A stretch of DNA of 24,840 nucleotides, taken from the IMG/VR virus record IMGVR_UViG_2541047117_000001, positions 1 through 24,840 of that record; one strand, 5' to 3'. Source of the DNA: a virus. Its lineage: Duplodnaviria; Heunggongvirae; Uroviricota; Caudoviricetes. The notes below the pieces were generated by a model. That model had not been told where the DNA came from and did no database searches. It was given only the letters and a program-made list of their open reading frames with translations. Position numbers and translations under genes: made by a program. Below, piece by piece: positions 23,866 through 24,840 of the stretch. The stretch's first letter is position 1. Each line of letters starts with the position of its first letter.

Positions 23866-24297
23866 TTATTTGCTGAATGCTTCTTTAACTAATTTGGATA
23901 CAAGTGACATATCCGCCTTACCTTTTAATTCTGCTGATAACTGCTTCATTGCTAATCCCATGTTTGGAGCAGTTGCAGTAGCTTCACGTACTTTCTCAGC
24001 AATTTCCTCTTCTGTTAACTGCTTTGGTAAGTATTCCATTAAGATTTCTTTTTGTTCCTCTTGGGAAGATGTGTCACGACCTGCTAATACAAGACCTTCA
24101 ATTTCTTGACCAATAGCTTTTAATTCACGATTAATACAAGTAATAACTGCTTCTGAGCTTAACTCTTCAACCTTTGAGGCAATTCGTTCTTTCTCTGTCG
24201 ATGCAATCAACATACGTAATGTTGAAAGTTTCACTTTATTTTTGTCTCGCATTGCTTGTTTCATGTCGTCCTTGATTGTTTTAATCATTCTGTTCAA
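23866..24297 (-). CDS. yqeY: GatB/YqeY-domain protein
   Basis: 'IKDDMKQAMRDKNKVKLSTLRML', 'EILMEYLPKQLTEEEI', 'MG.AMK.L..ELKGKAD...VSKLVKE'. Confidence 0.92.
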   Translation of the reverse strand: MNRMIKTIKDDMKQAMRDKNKVKLSTLRMLIASTEKERIASKVEELSSEAVITCINRELKAIGQEIEGLVLAGRDTSSQEEQKEILMEYLPKQLTEEEIAEKVREATATAPNMGLAMKQLSAELKGKADMSLVSKLVKEAFSK

Positions 24298-24583
24298 CCT
24301 CTTTCCTTGATTTGATAATCTCGTAATCTGCTTTTAGAACGCTGTAGGTTACTGACACTAGGATTCCTACTTGCCCACCTTCTTTGTTGCAGTAACGAAG
24401 TGAGTCCATATCCGTTAGAGTTACAAACCATTCATCTTCATCGCCATTGAATGTAGCGTGAGCAACTTCTCCAACTTTAATCTTGTCTACTAATTGACCG
24501 AATGTTAATGGCAATGCTGTACTACGCTTCACAGCCATTCCTTTATAAATTTGCTCTTTTGGTTTTTCCATAGTTCCTAACAT
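24281..24583 (-). CDS. Hypothetical protein
   Basis: 100-aa ORF, RBS AAAGGAG. Confidence 0.75.
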   Translation of the reverse strand: MLGTMEKPKEQIYKGMAVKRSTALPLTFGQLVDKIKVGEVAHATFNGDEDEWFVTLTDMDSLRYCNKEGGQVGILVSVTYSVLKADYEIIKSRKEVEQND

Positions 24584-24622
24584 TGTTGTTTCTCTCCTTT
24601 AATCAAACGTTTGTTTAAATTT

Positions 24623-24838
24623 TTAACCGTGTACTTTAACCAACATGTGTGGTGGTAAATTAAGTGTGTGAATGTTTCCGTTACTAGCATTCAACTCCAC
24701 TCGGATATCGTTGTTACCAAATGGGAATACAGAAACAACTTTTCCATGTACCATAGGCTCAAACTTAACTACAATTGAATCTCCTTCTGCGAAGATAGGA
24801 TTCTCGTAGTTTACCTTTAGCTGTACTGGAATAATTTC
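24623..24838 (-). CDS. Hypothetical protein, 5'-truncated by the window edge
   Basis: Open frame EIIPVQLKVNYENPIFAEGDSIVVKFEPMVHGKVVSVFPFGNNDIRVELNASNGNIHTLNLPPHMLVKVHG*. Confidence 0.65.
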   Translation of the reverse strand, partial: EIIPVQLKVNYENPIFAEGDSIVVKFEPMVHGKVVSVFPFGNNDIRVELNASNGNIHTLNLPPHMLVKVHG

Positions 24839-24840
24839 AT

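Noticed and set aside
12406-24109. + strand ORFs opposite real - strand genes (12406-12669, 13113-13319, 16243-16434, 16621-17016, 18611-18817, 22061-22246, 23114-23392, 23459-23671, 23783-24109) and - strand 15894-16106, 19958-20140
   Set aside because: Antisense or alternative-frame shadows with no independent support.
1-24840. Integrase/att site, IS element, tRNA, intron or intein
   Set aside because: No recombinase or transposase motifs, no cloverleaf, no interrupted reading frames or splicing motifs seen.

Overview
A 24.8 kb segment of a large, probably temperate, tailed phage or prophage of a Bacillus host, most likely the B. cereus group (from the Rap/Phr type, the XlyA-like endolysin and the tail-protein C-terminus; inferred from protein motifs, no database search run). 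It has three parts. (1) 1-12000, + strand, the end of the virion/lysis module: partial tail fibre, XkdW-like and XkdX-like chaperones, a 1839-aa tail spike/baseplate protein, an AbrB-zinc-ribbon protein, holin, amidase endolysin, a repeat protein and a second LL-H-type holin. (2) ~12000-17720, an accessory island: a transcribed-looking TATAG repeat array, an XRE/SinR-like regulator, a Rap-Phr cassette, an orphan GNAT toxin-like gene diverging from a tandem-RHH gene, an AbrB/MazE-Doc toxin-antitoxin pair and several candidate sRNAs, one under two LexA boxes. (3) 17729-24840, a - strand early/middle cluster: RNA ligase, RusA, guanylate kinase, HD hydrolase, SLOG, YqeY and hypothetical proteins. 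The most unexplained signals are a 23-bp motif found four times just 5' of genes on both arms, a promoter-motif-terminator leader in front of the tail spike/lysis operon, and the LexA-boxed sRNA carrying an anti-Shine-Dalgarno sequence. No integrase, att site, tRNA, rRNA or CRISPR array was seen. Coordinates of non-ORF-track features were counted by hand and may be off by a base or two.
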